Source: Candidatus Hadarchaeales archaeon (GTDB lineage: Archaea; Hadarchaeota; Hadarchaeia; Hadarchaeales; Hadarchaeaceae). From it: 64,000 nucleotides of DNA. The notes beneath the pieces were generated by a model. That model was not told the origin of the DNA. It was given only the letters and a program-made list of their open reading frames with translations, and did no database searches. Of this stretch, positions 48,634-58,055 are shown piece after piece (position 1 is the stretch's first letter; the number at the start of each line of letters is the position of its first letter). Where the stretch lies: NCBI GenBank assembly GCA_038823825.1, contig JAWBCC010000001.1, positions 5,842-69,841 on the forward strand, written 5' to 3'. The position numbers were made by a program, and so were the translations under genes.

Positions 48634-49336
48634 CCGTCAGTCTTATGTAAGCTCTTTCCAGTGAGCCGTACTTCCTCTTCAGATTTCTCACGCTGTTGAA
48701 CGCTTGAAGTCTTCCTTCATTCATGATTGCGATTTTATCACAAACCTGTACGACTTCATTCAGCAGATGAGATGACAGGAGAATGGTTTTTTCTCCTTTT
48801 ATAGACTTCAAAATGTTTCTGATTTCCACCATCCCTTTTGGGTCAAGACCGGAAGATGGTTCATCTAAAATTAGAATGGGCGGGTCGTGAAGAAATGCCT
48901 GAGCGATCGCGAGCCTTTGCTTCATTCCGCTTGAGAAATTTTCGATTTTGACTTTTGCCCACTTTTCCAGCCCAACCATTCTGAGGACTTCCTTAATTTT
49001 TTCCTTCAGGTTTTTTACGCCCCGGAGATGTCCAAAATATTTCAAGATCTCCTCCGGTGTAAGAAACGGATAGAACTCTGGGGTTTCAACAATCACGCCC
49101 AAATTTTCGACCGCCGCCTCATGCTCTTCGATGACATTGAAGTCGTTGACATACGCTCTTCCTCCGGAAGGTCTTATGAGCCCGCACAGAAGCTTTATGG
49201 TTGTGCTTTTCCCGGCTCCATTCGGGCCTAGAAGCCCGACGCTTTCTCCCCGCTTTATTTTCATGTTTAGATTGTCCAGCGCGAGCAGCTTCCCGTAGTA
49301 TTTTGTTAGATTTTCGGTCACAATCGCTTGCGGCAT
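48626..49336 (-). CDS. ABC transporter ATP-binding protein
   Basis: Walker A GPNGAGKST, signature SSGMKQRL, Walker B ILILDEPSSGLD. Confidence 0.85.
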   Translation of the reverse strand: MPQAIVTENLTKYYGKLLALDNLNMKIKRGESVGLLGPNGAGKSTTIKLLCGLIRPSGGRAYVNDFNVIEEHEAAVENLGVIVETPEFYPFLTPEEILKYFGHLRGVKNLKEKIKEVLRMVGLEKWAKVKIENFSSGMKQRLAIAQAFLHDPPILILDEPSSGLDPKGMVEIRNILKSIKGEKTILLSSHLLNEVVQVCDKIAIMNEGRLQAFNSVRNLKRKYGSLERAYIRLTGG

Positions 49337-49371
49337 CCAGATTAATGAGATTTGCCGAATTTAAAGGAAAA

Positions 49372-49449
49372 TGGTAGCGGGGGGAGGACTTGAACCTCCG
49401 ACCTCCGGGTTATGAGCCCGGCGGGCACTCCACGCTGCCCCACCCCGCT
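49372..49449 (-). tRNA. initiator tRNA-Met (anticodon CAT), CCA encoded
   Basis: A1:U72 acceptor start AGCGGGG. Three consecutive G:C pairs in the anticodon stem (CCGGG/CCCGG). Loop CTCATAA. Confidence 0.85.
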
Positions 49450-49487
49450 CCAATATGATTATTTACAAGTTTTGTGGGATAAAATAT

Positions 49488-49934
49488 TTACCGAGGTTTT
49501 CTCATCAGATTTCCAATCATTACACCCATTGCTCCTCCTATCCCAGCAAGCATGATATCTCGGAGAATCATGAAAGCGACGACAGAGCAGAATTCGCCAA
49601 GTCCAACGATTATATCGGGATCCCTTAAGCCGATGAAGAGCCCGAGAGCTAACAGGGTGGAAAGGTTCATGAGAAGGCCGGACATTCCCCCTCCTTTGAA
49701 TCCGTCCATTGCTCCTCTCCCGGTTTTCGATAAAAGGTAGCCGGCGAGCATGCCGCCGATCAACAATCCAAAGAGTCCAATACCAAAGAATTGACCGATT
49801 AGTCCCATCATTAGGCCGTAGATGACTGGACGCATGAAGCTCTTGTCGCTCCTAATGGCGAGGAGGACAAAAAGTATGAGCCAAGTTAGCCCGGCGAAGA
49901 TAGAATATCCGACGAGGAATGCTGTGTCTGTCAC
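49488..49934 (-). CDS. Gly-rich integral membrane protein, unknown function
   Basis: Four hydrophobic helices with GxxxG repeats. Confidence 0.4.
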   Translation of the reverse strand: MTDTAFLVGYSIFAGLTWLILFVLLAIRSDKSFMRPVIYGLMMGLIGQFFGIGLFGLLIGGMLAGYLLSKTGRGAMDGFKGGGMSGLLMNLSTLLALGLFIGLRDPDIIVGLGEFCSVVAFMILRDIMLAGIGGAMGVMIGNLMRKPR

Positions 49935-50230
49935 GGAGAATAATGGAATAGATGGATTTTTACCTTTTTCTGAGGGTTTTCACTTTAAGCTAGTAGCCAC
50001 TTTCAATCCCATTTTCAGGGACGTTTCGCCACAACTGTTGTATGATGTGTTCAGGCATCAAAGAATTAGGACGTATTTTGGAGGCAAAAAAAGGGAAAAA
50101 TGTAAAAAGATTGGAATTTATAGTACGGGAAAGAGTCCTAAACCACTTGTAGAACCCCACCGTGCTCGTTTTTTCTTTAAAAAGGACCTCCACCCAGAAG
50201 ATTGAGGGGGAGAAAAATGAGTCATGCTAG

Positions 50231-50983
50231 ATGCCGAAAATATTTAGACTACATGAGAAGAGTATTTTTATGAAAGAAGGGATTTATATGAAAAATGAAC
50301 GTGAACTCAAATTTCCCGACGATTTTATCAACAAAATAATTTGTGGTGATTGTTTTGTATTAATCAAGAAGATACCAGATGGTTGTGTTGATGCGATTAT
50401 CACCGATCCCCCTTACGGATTGTATAAGGAAGGAGTATGTAGCGATGAAGATTTGACTACTTTCTATAAAGTGCTCCCCGAATGCTACAGGGTTTTAAAA
50501 AAGAATGCTTTTTTTATAACATTTTTTAGCACAAAATTTCTTCCCAAGTTATTTAAGAATAATCCCTTCACTTATTTTTGGCAAATTATACTCTACTGTC
50601 CAGAGGGAGCAGTTAAATCACCAATAGGGATTACAAAGTATATGTCTTGTCTTGTTTTCAAAAAAGGAAATCCACGGATTGTTTTGCGAAATAAAGATAT
50701 TTTTGTTGATACTCCTGGAAAAATGATTGAACCTGACGAAGGCTTCATAAATCATCCGACCCCAAAACCAAAACATTTCATAAGGGAGATTCTACGAATG
50801 TTTACAAAGGAGGGAGATCTAATCCTAGATCCTTTTATTGGTAGCGGAAGCACTGCGGTAGCTTGTAAACAATTAAACAGACGGTTCATCGGTTTTGAGA
50901 TCAACGAAAAATATTGCCAACTTGCAAATAGAAGATTATCATCACTTAATCTTTTTTCTAAAAAAAAGATTCAACTGCGATAA
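50231..50983 (+). CDS. DNA methyltransferase (N4-C/N6-A, beta class). An alternative start at 50288 (MKNERELKF) is likelier.
   Basis: Motif IV IITDPPYG precedes motif I LDPFIGSGST, i.e. beta-class circular permutation. Confidence 0.75.
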   Translation: MPKIFRLHEKSIFMKEGIYMKNERELKFPDDFINKIICGDCFVLIKKIPDGCVDAIITDPPYGLYKEGVCSDEDLTTFYKVLPECYRVLKKNAFFITFFSTKFLPKLFKNNPFTYFWQIILYCPEGAVKSPIGITKYMSCLVFKKGNPRIVLRNKDIFVDTPGKMIEPDEGFINHPTPKPKHFIREILRMFTKEGDLILDPFIGSGSTAVACKQLNRRFIGFEINEKYCQLANRRLSSLNLFSKKKIQLR

Positions 50984-51013
50984 CTAGTTCTTCTTTGCGA
51001 ATAGAATCCTAAG

Positions 51014-51688
51014 TTAAACGCCATGAAACTTTTTCACAATAGATACGATGTCTTTCAAATGCTTCTTGGACATCACGGAGAATCCTTTCATGAGTTCAAT
51101 GATATGTTCTTCTGTGGGGAACCATAATACCACCTCATTTCGGTGTGCTGGTCTATCTACTATAGGATTACGATCAAGTTTAGATATAACACTTCTTATC
51201 GGAATAAAGATATATAACATAGCCTGATATCCTACTGCTTTCTGTTTGTGTCTTAGTTCAATATGAATAAATGATCCGTCCGACAGCTGTTTTCTTAAGA
51301 TTGGCGCTTTCTTGTACAGTAAGGTAAATCCTTCGAATTTCTTGGCTTTCTCGTCTTTTTCTATATTGATAAAAAAAGTTTCCTCGAAGAAAACATCTCT
51401 ATTTTTTAGATAACTGTATAATTCTTTTATCCTAGCTTCATTTATTACTTTTTTAGTGACTAATAATCTAAACATTTCCCCTAACTCCACAAGCCGCCTA
51501 TTTTCATCAAAGTAAGAAATCTGCCATTCTATATACCAATTCTCTCTTAAATTTTGTGATCTAACGCTACCTATTGGACTTCCATCTACATCTTTAACTC
51601 TAACTAAACTTGTTTGTAAAGTAATGGGCAACTCTACGACGATTTTTCTCGCCTTCTCGTCATAAAATACATTACATTTGATATTCAT
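51014..51688 (-). CDS. hypothetical protein (224 aa); candidate restriction endonuclease of the island operon
   Basis: Last gene of the MTase/79-aa/224-aa operon with overlapping junctions. Size is typical of a Type II REase. No motif could be verified by eye. Confidence 0.3.
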   Translation of the reverse strand: MNIKCNVFYDEKARKIVVELPITLQTSLVRVKDVDGSPIGSVRSQNLRENWYIEWQISYFDENRRLVELGEMFRLLVTKKVINEARIKELYSYLKNRDVFFEETFFINIEKDEKAKKFEGFTLLYKKAPILRKQLSDGSFIHIELRHKQKAVGYQAMLYIFIPIRSVISKLDRNPIVDRPAHRNEVVLWFPTEEHIIELMKGFSVMSKKHLKDIVSIVKKFHGV

Positions 51689-51911
51689 TTTCGCTTCCTC
51701 CCGTTCTCAAACATTTTCCAACCTTTGAGACAACAAAGAATGTCTTTAATTCTTGATAGGCTACTATTTTAAAAAAATCACGCTTCTGGATTTGGTGGTC
51801 TAAAATTTTGTCCGCAGATTTTTCGCCATTTATTCTATTTTTCCACAACTTTTTAGTTTGAGTTGAAGAAAATCCTACAACGATTTTATTTTCTTCAACT
51901 TTTACTCTCAT
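51672..51911 (-). CDS. hypothetical small protein (79 aa), possibly a controller or specificity factor
   Basis: 4-nt ATGA overlap with the MTase stop and 17-nt overlap with the next gene. Confidence 0.3.
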   Translation of the reverse strand: MRVKVEENKIVVGFSSTQTKKLWKNRINGEKSADKILDHQIQKRDFFKIVAYQELKTFFVVSKVGKCLRTGGSENEYQM

Positions 51912-53392
51912 AATTTTTCTTCTCCTGATATTTTTTCGACCATTTCAATGGCTTTCTGGAAAATTTTTCTCGCCCTGTCCTCATTTTGTTGTCTGCACTT
52001 TATCATTTCTAGATAGTATTCTTTGAATTTTTGCAATTGGGCCTCAGAGGGAATTGGAACAACCAAATTTTTCAATAGGCGTTGTGGTATTGTAACTGTT
52101 CCAACACCTCTTTTCAACGCGTTTATTTGAGAAGTTCCATATTTTGATTGCAAGTAAAACGCCAAGTAGTATGCAAGCGATTCTTTCTTTGGTCTGATGA
52201 TGTATATCCAATCATCGGCAACTCCTTGTTCATCTGGCGTAGTAACAACTGCAGCTCTACCTATACAACCAACGCCCACGCGAACAAAAAGAAGATCACC
52301 TATTTTGACATGCGCTTTTGGGTGGTACATCTCGCTGTTTGGGTCGATATAGTGTCTGCCTCGATTCTCTCTGCTAAAATCTATTCCCAAAGGAGTAACA
52401 GTTTTCGCAGAAATGAAGCGAACCCCTTTAGTTACGAATTGCCTTTTTGGCCCATATTTTGTTTTTCCACAAAACATTTCCGAAACTAGCTCGCCCAACT
52501 TCACTATTTTTTGATTGCTCTTCAAGTGGATGGGTACAAAGTAAAATTCTGGGGACAAGACATCAACATTGGTTTTAATCCAAAATGCTGGAGGGTTATT
52601 CATCTTTTTTTTCTCTTGGTAAGCCCTCAGAACTAAAGAAAGGTCTTCAAGCTTGTTCACTATTCCCATGAAGATATTACCATCATCATTTTCAGCATCC
52701 TTTTTTGCGAACAAAACATTAGTTTTTGACGTCGTGTTTTTTGTCCCCCGAAATATTCCTCTTGGAAGGGAGATTATGCCAAGAATCGAAGTGTTACTAT
52801 TGATAAATTCTCGCACATCTTGAAGTAAAACATTAGAAAAGATGCTTGAAGGTAGGATAATTCCTATCACTCCACCACTAGAGGCCAACTGTATAAACCG
52901 CTCTAGAAAAAGGATTTCTATTGCTTGACTTTTTCTCCCTTTCCCAAGTTCAAATTTTGATAAAATTTCTTTGTCCTTTACTCTCCCATATTTCGCACTA
53001 AAAGGAGGATTACCCACTACGATGTCTGCATGTCCCTCCAATTCTTCACTTAATGGAAGGAGCCCATTTCTCGGAGCAAAAATCTCGCATGCAGTCTTCA
53101 GATTGTCGGGTATTATACTCTCGTCAATATCGATTCCTACAATCCGATTGATTTTTTTCTTGATTAAAGCTTTAAGGAAAACCCCATCGCCGCAAGCAGG
53201 ATCAATGGCAAGTTTGGGTCTGCGATCCAAAGATATGACTGCGAAATCTACTATGAAGTTTGCTACTTCTGGGGGGGTCATGAACTGTCCAAACACCTTT
53301 TCTTTTCTCGCAAAGTGTTTTTCTTTTTGATTAATTTCTTTCAATATTCTTCCCCTTAAGTTCGTTGTGGGATAAGCTTCGGGTTCATACAT
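51908..53392 (-). CDS. N6-adenine DNA methyltransferase (gamma class, TaqI/Eco57I-like) with a C-terminal target-recognition domain
   Basis: Motif X FMTPPEVANFIV, motif I DPACGDGVFL, motif IV VVGNPPFS. The C-terminal ~200 aa resemble a TRD. Confidence 0.75.
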   Translation of the reverse strand: MYEPEAYPTTNLRGRILKEINQKEKHFARKEKVFGQFMTPPEVANFIVDFAVISLDRRPKLAIDPACGDGVFLKALIKKKINRIVGIDIDESIIPDNLKTACEIFAPRNGLLPLSEELEGHADIVVGNPPFSAKYGRVKDKEILSKFELGKGRKSQAIEILFLERFIQLASSGGVIGIILPSSIFSNVLLQDVREFINSNTSILGIISLPRGIFRGTKNTTSKTNVLFAKKDAENDDGNIFMGIVNKLEDLSLVLRAYQEKKKMNNPPAFWIKTNVDVLSPEFYFVPIHLKSNQKIVKLGELVSEMFCGKTKYGPKRQFVTKGVRFISAKTVTPLGIDFSRENRGRHYIDPNSEMYHPKAHVKIGDLLFVRVGVGCIGRAAVVTTPDEQGVADDWIYIIRPKKESLAYYLAFYLQSKYGTSQINALKRGVGTVTIPQRLLKNLVVPIPSEAQLQKFKEYYLEMIKCRQQNEDRARKIFQKAIEMVEKISGEEKL

Positions 53393-53686
53393 CTTCTCCT
53401 CAAAATATTATTAAGAGATGAGTAAAAATAAAATTTAACCCCCCGCTGGCCAGTCTCCTCATTCGGGGCAAATCATCTCTCAAGCCCAAGAAAGACTCCT
53501 ATAGTCGAGTCCAGAAAATCGAAAGGAAGGACGGAGACCAGCACCCATCCTCTCCAGCCTCTTCCTTCCAAGGATATCTTCACTTCCTGGAAGAGATGAC
53601 CTCCTCCGGGGAGGCCCCTTAAAGCAAATCTTGGTGGAGAAAGGGGGAATTGTAAGCTCCCAGAAGGGAGATTTAAACAAGTTAGA

Positions 53687-53775
53687 TGGTGCGGGGGAGG
53701 GGATTTGAACCCCCGAACCCCTACGGGACCAGCGCCTCAGGCTGGCACCTTTGACCTGGCTCGGCCACCCCCGCC
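53687..53775 (-). tRNA. tRNA-Leu (anticodon GAG), CCA encoded
   Basis: 89 nt, long variable arm, anticodon loop CTGAGGC, discriminator A. Confidence 0.85.
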
Positions 53776-53814
53776 AATTCTAACTGGAAGAAAACTTTCC
53801 TTTAACTTTTATGC

Positions 53815-54594
53815 CTATTTAAACGCCTTGCCCGCGTCTTCAAAACCCTTACGCAGACTTTCCACCGCCTTCAGCACGATCTCCTCAGGAGGAAGAGCTC
53901 CGCTAGACTCCACCTTGAATATAAACTTCGTCGGATCTCCTTTCACCTCTATCGCATTCCTCGGACAGACCTCCACACATGCGCGACAGAGTATACATTC
54001 CATGAGTCTCTTCACCTTCAGTTCCTTCTCCTCCACCGCTAGCACTTCTCTCGGACAGGCCTCAACACATTTTCCACACCCGTTGCACTCTTTCCCCACT
54101 TCAATGACGGGGAAATATCTGTAAAACACGAGACCAGGCATCCATTTCGCATGATCTTTTCCAAGCCCCAGCCTAGCATAAATGTTCAGCACGAGCCTTT
54201 GTCCTGGCTGAAGCTCTACTATTGGAATCTCATTCGAGACCGGCACGACTTCTTTATCAGACGATTGTATGTCTCCGCTTTTCACGATCGCTGGTCCTTC
54301 CACATCCAGAGACATCTCAACAGTGCATTTTGGACACCCTTTTCCACCACATTTGCATTCATCCGGGAGAACGTATCCTTTTGCCGGAGTCCTCAGCGGG
54401 ATCATCGCAAGTCTGTGAGCGATTATCTCGTCGTAAAGAGGAGACTCATTTTCAATTACTTCGATTTCATCAACCGCCATCGTTGGAACTTCTCCGATAG
54501 CGGCTCTCCTAAGAGAGTTGGCGAAAGCCGGATCACTCCCATTCAGGATGAACTCAAGCTTTAAACCATCCTTTTTGACGATTTCGATTTCCAT
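53815..54594 (-). CDS. rpoD: DNA-directed RNA polymerase subunit D (Rpo3) with a 4Fe-4S ferredoxin-like insertion
   Basis: Archaeal RpoD N-terminus and a Cys-rich insert (CNGCGKCVEACP, CILCRACVEVCP). Confidence 0.85.
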   Translation of the reverse strand: MEIEIVKKDGLKLEFILNGSDPAFANSLRRAAIGEVPTMAVDEIEVIENESPLYDEIIAHRLAMIPLRTPAKGYVLPDECKCGGKGCPKCTVEMSLDVEGPAIVKSGDIQSSDKEVVPVSNEIPIVELQPGQRLVLNIYARLGLGKDHAKWMPGLVFYRYFPVIEVGKECNGCGKCVEACPREVLAVEEKELKVKRLMECILCRACVEVCPRNAIEVKGDPTKFIFKVESSGALPPEEIVLKAVESLRKGFEDAGKAFK

Positions 54595-54596
54595 CC

Positions 54597-54992
54597 TTAC
54601 ACTCTCCTTCCCCTTCTTCCTCCTGGTTTTCTAGTCCCGTCATGCGGTATGGGTGTTACATCCTCTATCCTCCCGATTTTTAAACCTGCTCTAGCGAGTG
54701 CTCTTATCGCCGCCTGAGCACCCGGTCCTGGAATTTTCGGTCCGTGTCCTCCAGGAGCCCTGACTTTTATGTGTACGCCAGCTATTCCCTTATCCATCGC
54801 CTCTTGCGCAGCCTTCATGGCAGCCTGAATTGCAGCGTAGGGAGAAGCCTCTTCCCTGTCCGCTTTGACCATCATCCCTCCAGAAGCCTTCGCAATCGTC
54901 TCCGCACCGGTTAAGTCAGTTATGTGAATGATCGTGTTGTTGAAAGACGAATAGATGTGCGCCACTCCCCACTTTTCTCTCTGTTCAGGCAT
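54597..54992 (-). CDS. rps11: 30S ribosomal protein S11 (uS11)
   Basis: Conserved uS11 sequence. Confidence 0.9.
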   Translation of the reverse strand: MPEQREKWGVAHIYSSFNNTIIHITDLTGAETIAKASGGMMVKADREEASPYAAIQAAMKAAQEAMDKGIAGVHIKVRAPGGHGPKIPGPGAQAAIRALARAGLKIGRIEDVTPIPHDGTRKPGGRRGRRV

Positions 54993-55498
54993 TACTCACC
55001 AGCCTCCACCGCGGCGCCTTTTCCAATTTTCTCAAGCGGAAGGGTGACTTCTATTATATCTTCCTCGGCAACTGGAACCATATAGCTCGGAGATTTCATA
55101 GCTCTTCCGCCGATCTTTACATGTCCGTGGACAATCATCTGTCTGGCCTGCTTTGGTGTTCTTGCCAATCCTTTCTTGTAAACTATCCATTGAAGATATC
55201 TCTGGATGATGTCTTCGACTGTCAAACCAAGGACATCGTCAAGTGTTGCGTTTTCCCCAACCAGCCCAAACTTCTGCAACCTTCTTATGAGTGCTGCCTT
55301 CTCCTTCTCAGCCTGCGGGTCGCTCCTCGCCATTAGCTCCCTAGCCTGTGCTCTAAATTTCCTAAGAACTGTTTGCGCCCTCCAGATCTCTCTCTTTCTT
55401 CTCAAACCGTATGTTCGCAAGAGCTTGTCTTCTGCATCCATCCTTGCCTTGTCCCAAGGATGCCTTGGTGTTTCATATTTCTTCTTAATCCTCCTCAT
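54992..55498 (-). CDS. rps4: 30S ribosomal protein S4 (uS4)
   Basis: S4 domain (HGHVKIGGR). Confidence 0.9.
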   Translation of the reverse strand: MRRIKKKYETPRHPWDKARMDAEDKLLRTYGLRRKREIWRAQTVLRKFRAQARELMARSDPQAEKEKAALIRRLQKFGLVGENATLDDVLGLTVEDIIQRYLQWIVYKKGLARTPKQARQMIVHGHVKIGGRAMKSPSYMVPVAEEDIIEVTLPLEKIGKGAAVEAGE

Positions 55499-55983
55499 TT
55501 CTTCTTCTCCTCCTTCTCTTCAGCCTTCGGTTGAGCTCCTTTCTTTCTAACAACTCCAACCGTCATTCCTCTTCTACCAGTGGTTCTGGTTCTCTGCCCT
55601 CTGACAGGCAACCCGAGCTCGTGTCTGATGCCCCTTCTGCTTCTTATTCTTTTCTCTCTGTCGATGTCCATCTTCACATAGAAATCGATTTCCGGTCCGA
55701 CGAGATGCATATCCTTCCCGGTCTCATAATCCTTTCTCCTGTTGAGCATCCATGCGGGAATACCATGAGCCAATGGATCCTTTAGAACATCTTCTATTTT
55801 CTTCACCTCCTCTTCCGTAAGTGTTCCGATTTTCCTGAATGGGTCGATGTTTGCAGCATATGCCACCGCTCTCGCTAAACTAAAACTCACTCCCTTTATC
55901 CCGAGCAAGGCATGGTGAACTGCCTTTTTTCCGTCTAAGTCATGCCCCGCGATTCTGACTATGTGCTTTATCTCTTCTGCCAT
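55495..55983 (-). CDS. rps13: 30S ribosomal protein S13 (uS13)
   Basis: uS13 N-terminal helix and K/R-rich C-terminal tail. Confidence 0.9.
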   Translation of the reverse strand: MAEEIKHIVRIAGHDLDGKKAVHHALLGIKGVSFSLARAVAYAANIDPFRKIGTLTEEEVKKIEDVLKDPLAHGIPAWMLNRRKDYETGKDMHLVGPEIDFYVKMDIDREKRIRSRRGIRHELGLPVRGQRTRTTGRRGMTVGVVRKKGAQPKAEEKEEKKK

Positions 55984-56061
55984 CTTTATAGACTACTGAC
56001 GTAAGGGTTTTAATCCTTAGGCTTTTCTCCTTTTGTGTGATTTTTCGGTGAAAAACTTGAG

Positions 56062-56146
56062 CGCCGGGGGAGGGATTTGAACCCTCGAGGCCCAACGGGC
56101 CACGAGCTCTCCAGGCTCGCGCCTTACCTGGCTAGGCTACCCCGGC
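56062..56146 (-). tRNA. tRNA-Ser (anticodon GGA), CCA not encoded
   Basis: 85 nt, long variable arm, loop CTGGAGA, discriminator G. Confidence 0.85.
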
Positions 56147-56233
56147 TCCAATTCTAAAAAATCCTCCACTTTGAATATAGTTATCGAAGGAAAAAGACAT
56201 GCTTTTATTAGTTGTCTCGGTTATTTGTTATCG

Positions 56234-56848
56234 ATGTACGGCTTTAGCGGAACAGTTGTAGGAGTTGTGTGCAGAGATGGAATAGCCCTGGCTTCGGATT
56301 CTAGAGGAGTAGGCTACTACATGATTCTAAGCAAGCGTGTCAAGAAAATCTTTCAACTGGAGGAGAAGATCGGTGCAGCGATTTCGGGTAGCACAGGTGA
56401 TGTTCAGAGTTTTGTCAACTTACTCCGGGCTGAGGCAAGGCTTTATCGCATTCACAACGAGAGGTCGATGTCTACTAAGGGAATCGCTCAAATGGCGTCA
56501 AATATCCTTCACGAGAGAAGGATTTTCCCATACATCCTAGAAGCAATCATTGCCGGGATAGACGGTGAGAAACCTGTGCTATACTTTTTAGATCCGGTCG
56601 GAGGGAAGCTGGAGGAAAGAGAATTTGCTGCTGGCGGAACCGGAGCATCCGTTGCGTATGGGACTCTTGAGAAAGAATTCAAGCCCGGGATTAGTGTGGA
56701 AGAAGGGGCGAAACTCGCCGCGTCTGCCATAAAGACTGCGATAGAAAGAGACGCCGCGACGGGAGACAGCGTTGTGGTTGCGGTCATCGATGGAAGAGGT
56801 TACCGGGAACTCTCAGAGAAAGAAATAGCAGATTTACTTAAACAGTAG
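56234..56848 (+). CDS. psmB: proteasome beta subunit. The ORF extends to a TTG at 56171; the ATG at 56234 gives a 6-aa propeptide (MYGFSG) before Thr1.
   Basis: Ntn-hydrolase proteasome-beta fold. The mature N-terminus TVVGVV resembles the TTVGI consensus. Confidence 0.8.
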   Translation: MYGFSGTVVGVVCRDGIALASDSRGVGYYMILSKRVKKIFQLEEKIGAAISGSTGDVQSFVNLLRAEARLYRIHNERSMSTKGIAQMASNILHERRIFPYILEAIIAGIDGEKPVLYFLDPVGGKLEEREFAAGGTGASVAYGTLEKEFKPGISVEEGAKLAASAIKTAIERDAATGDSVVVAVIDGRGYRELSEKEIADLLKQ

Positions 56849-56853
56849 ATTTC

Positions 56854-57987
56854 ATGTCGTCCTCGCTGGTGCTGTCGAATGTTACAATTTTGGAGGGCGA
56901 TGACCTATCTCCCGTAAATGGATATCTCGTCATAAAGGACGGAAAGATAGAGAAGATTTCAGAGGGATTCCCTCCAAGCTTCTCAAAAGATCTGAAAAGA
57001 TCGATTATAATCCCGCCCTTCCTCAATGCTCATACTCATCTTGGAGATTCAAGGTGGAAAGAACTTTACATCGGGAAGACGCAGAATGAAGTCGTAGGAC
57101 CGGACGGTCTGAAGCATAAACTCCTGAAAGAGGCAAAGGAAGATGACCTCGTTATGGCGATGCGAAACTCCATTCGTTCAATGTTGATATCTGGAACGAT
57201 AGGCTTCTGTGACTTCAGAGAAGGAGGTTTAGCTGGACTGAGGTTGCTGAAGAGAGCCACCATTTCACAAATTCGAAGTTTTATTTTAGCAAGAGGCAAC
57301 ACTTTTGACGAATGCATTGAGGTTCTCAGAGAAGCAGATGGAATGGGGATGCCATCTCTAGATTTCTTACCTTGGCAGGAGCTTGTCAAGGTTGCGCGTG
57401 AAACGAGACGTCTTGCCAAGATTTTTTCTGTTCACGTTTCGGAGACGGCCGAAGCTGAAAGAAAATCCATCAGGGAAAGAGGAGAGGGAGAACTATCTGT
57501 GGCTCTGAAACTTCGTCCGAGCTTCTTGGTTCACGGGACTCACAGCAGTAGGGAAGATCTGAGAAAGGCGAAAAAGAAGAAAGTCCCGGTAGTCTTCTGT
57601 CCTAGAGCAAATAGGCTTCTATCCGTAGGCTCCCCTCCGATTTCCCAAGCCTTGGAAATAGATCTCGAGTTCTGGCTTGGCTCAGACAACGTGTGCGTTT
57701 GCGAGCCGGTGATGTTTGATGTTCTCAGCTCTGCTTGGGAATGCGTAAGGCTGGATAACCCACGAGCAGGTAGTGAAGAGGCGCGTCGTCTACTGATATC
57801 CGCCACAGTTTCTCCTTCAAAGTTTTTCCTCAAAGAGGGCGGCATTAAGGAGGGCAAAGACGCAACTTTTGTGGTTCTAGCTAGGAGAGAAAATCTGCGG
57901 TATGTCGAGGATATTTACGCGGGCATAGTGAACCGAGCCAATGTTAACAATGTTCGCTCATTTTTTGTCTGCGGAAAGGAAGTTTAA
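56854..57987 (+). CDS. metal-dependent amidohydrolase (chlorohydrolase/deaminase family)
   Basis: HxH metal motif (NAHTHLGD) and amidohydrolase TIM-barrel length. Confidence 0.6.
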   Translation: MSSSLVLSNVTILEGDDLSPVNGYLVIKDGKIEKISEGFPPSFSKDLKRSIIIPPFLNAHTHLGDSRWKELYIGKTQNEVVGPDGLKHKLLKEAKEDDLVMAMRNSIRSMLISGTIGFCDFREGGLAGLRLLKRATISQIRSFILARGNTFDECIEVLREADGMGMPSLDFLPWQELVKVARETRRLAKIFSVHVSETAEAERKSIRERGEGELSVALKLRPSFLVHGTHSSREDLRKAKKKKVPVVFCPRANRLLSVGSPPISQALEIDLEFWLGSDNVCVCEPVMFDVLSSAWECVRLDNPRAGSEEARRLLISATVSPSKFFLKEGGIKEGKDATFVVLARRENLRYVEDIYAGIVNRANVNNVRSFFVCGKEV

Positions 57988-58055
57988 TTCCGAGATTAGA
58001 TTTATTTAGTATAAAAACCAAAAATATTTTGAAAAATTTTGCGGGGAGGAGATCC

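Larger units (their letters stand above)
49940..53686. mobile_element. AT-rich genomic island (putative horizontally acquired restriction-modification locus) between tRNA-iMet and the 3' end of tRNA-Leu
   Basis: Markedly lower GC than flanking DNA (about 30-35% against 45-50% by eye). Cargo is two DNA MTases plus ORFs without homologs. It abuts the 3' end of a tRNA gene. No integrase or clear att repeats were found. Confidence 0.4.

Noticed and set aside
50203-50212. TGAGGGGGAG upstream of the first MTase resembling the tRNA-Leu 3' end (TGCGGGGGAG), considered as a possible att direct repeat
   Set aside because: Only about 10 nt, purine-rich, and positioned like a Shine-Dalgarno sequence. 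Too short and too ambiguous to call an attachment site.
53480-53680. 66-aa minus-strand ORF in the MTase to tRNA-Leu spacer
   Set aside because: Low-complexity R/P/S-rich translation with no start context. The interval is more plausibly non-coding, as discussed in the candidate-ncRNA finding.
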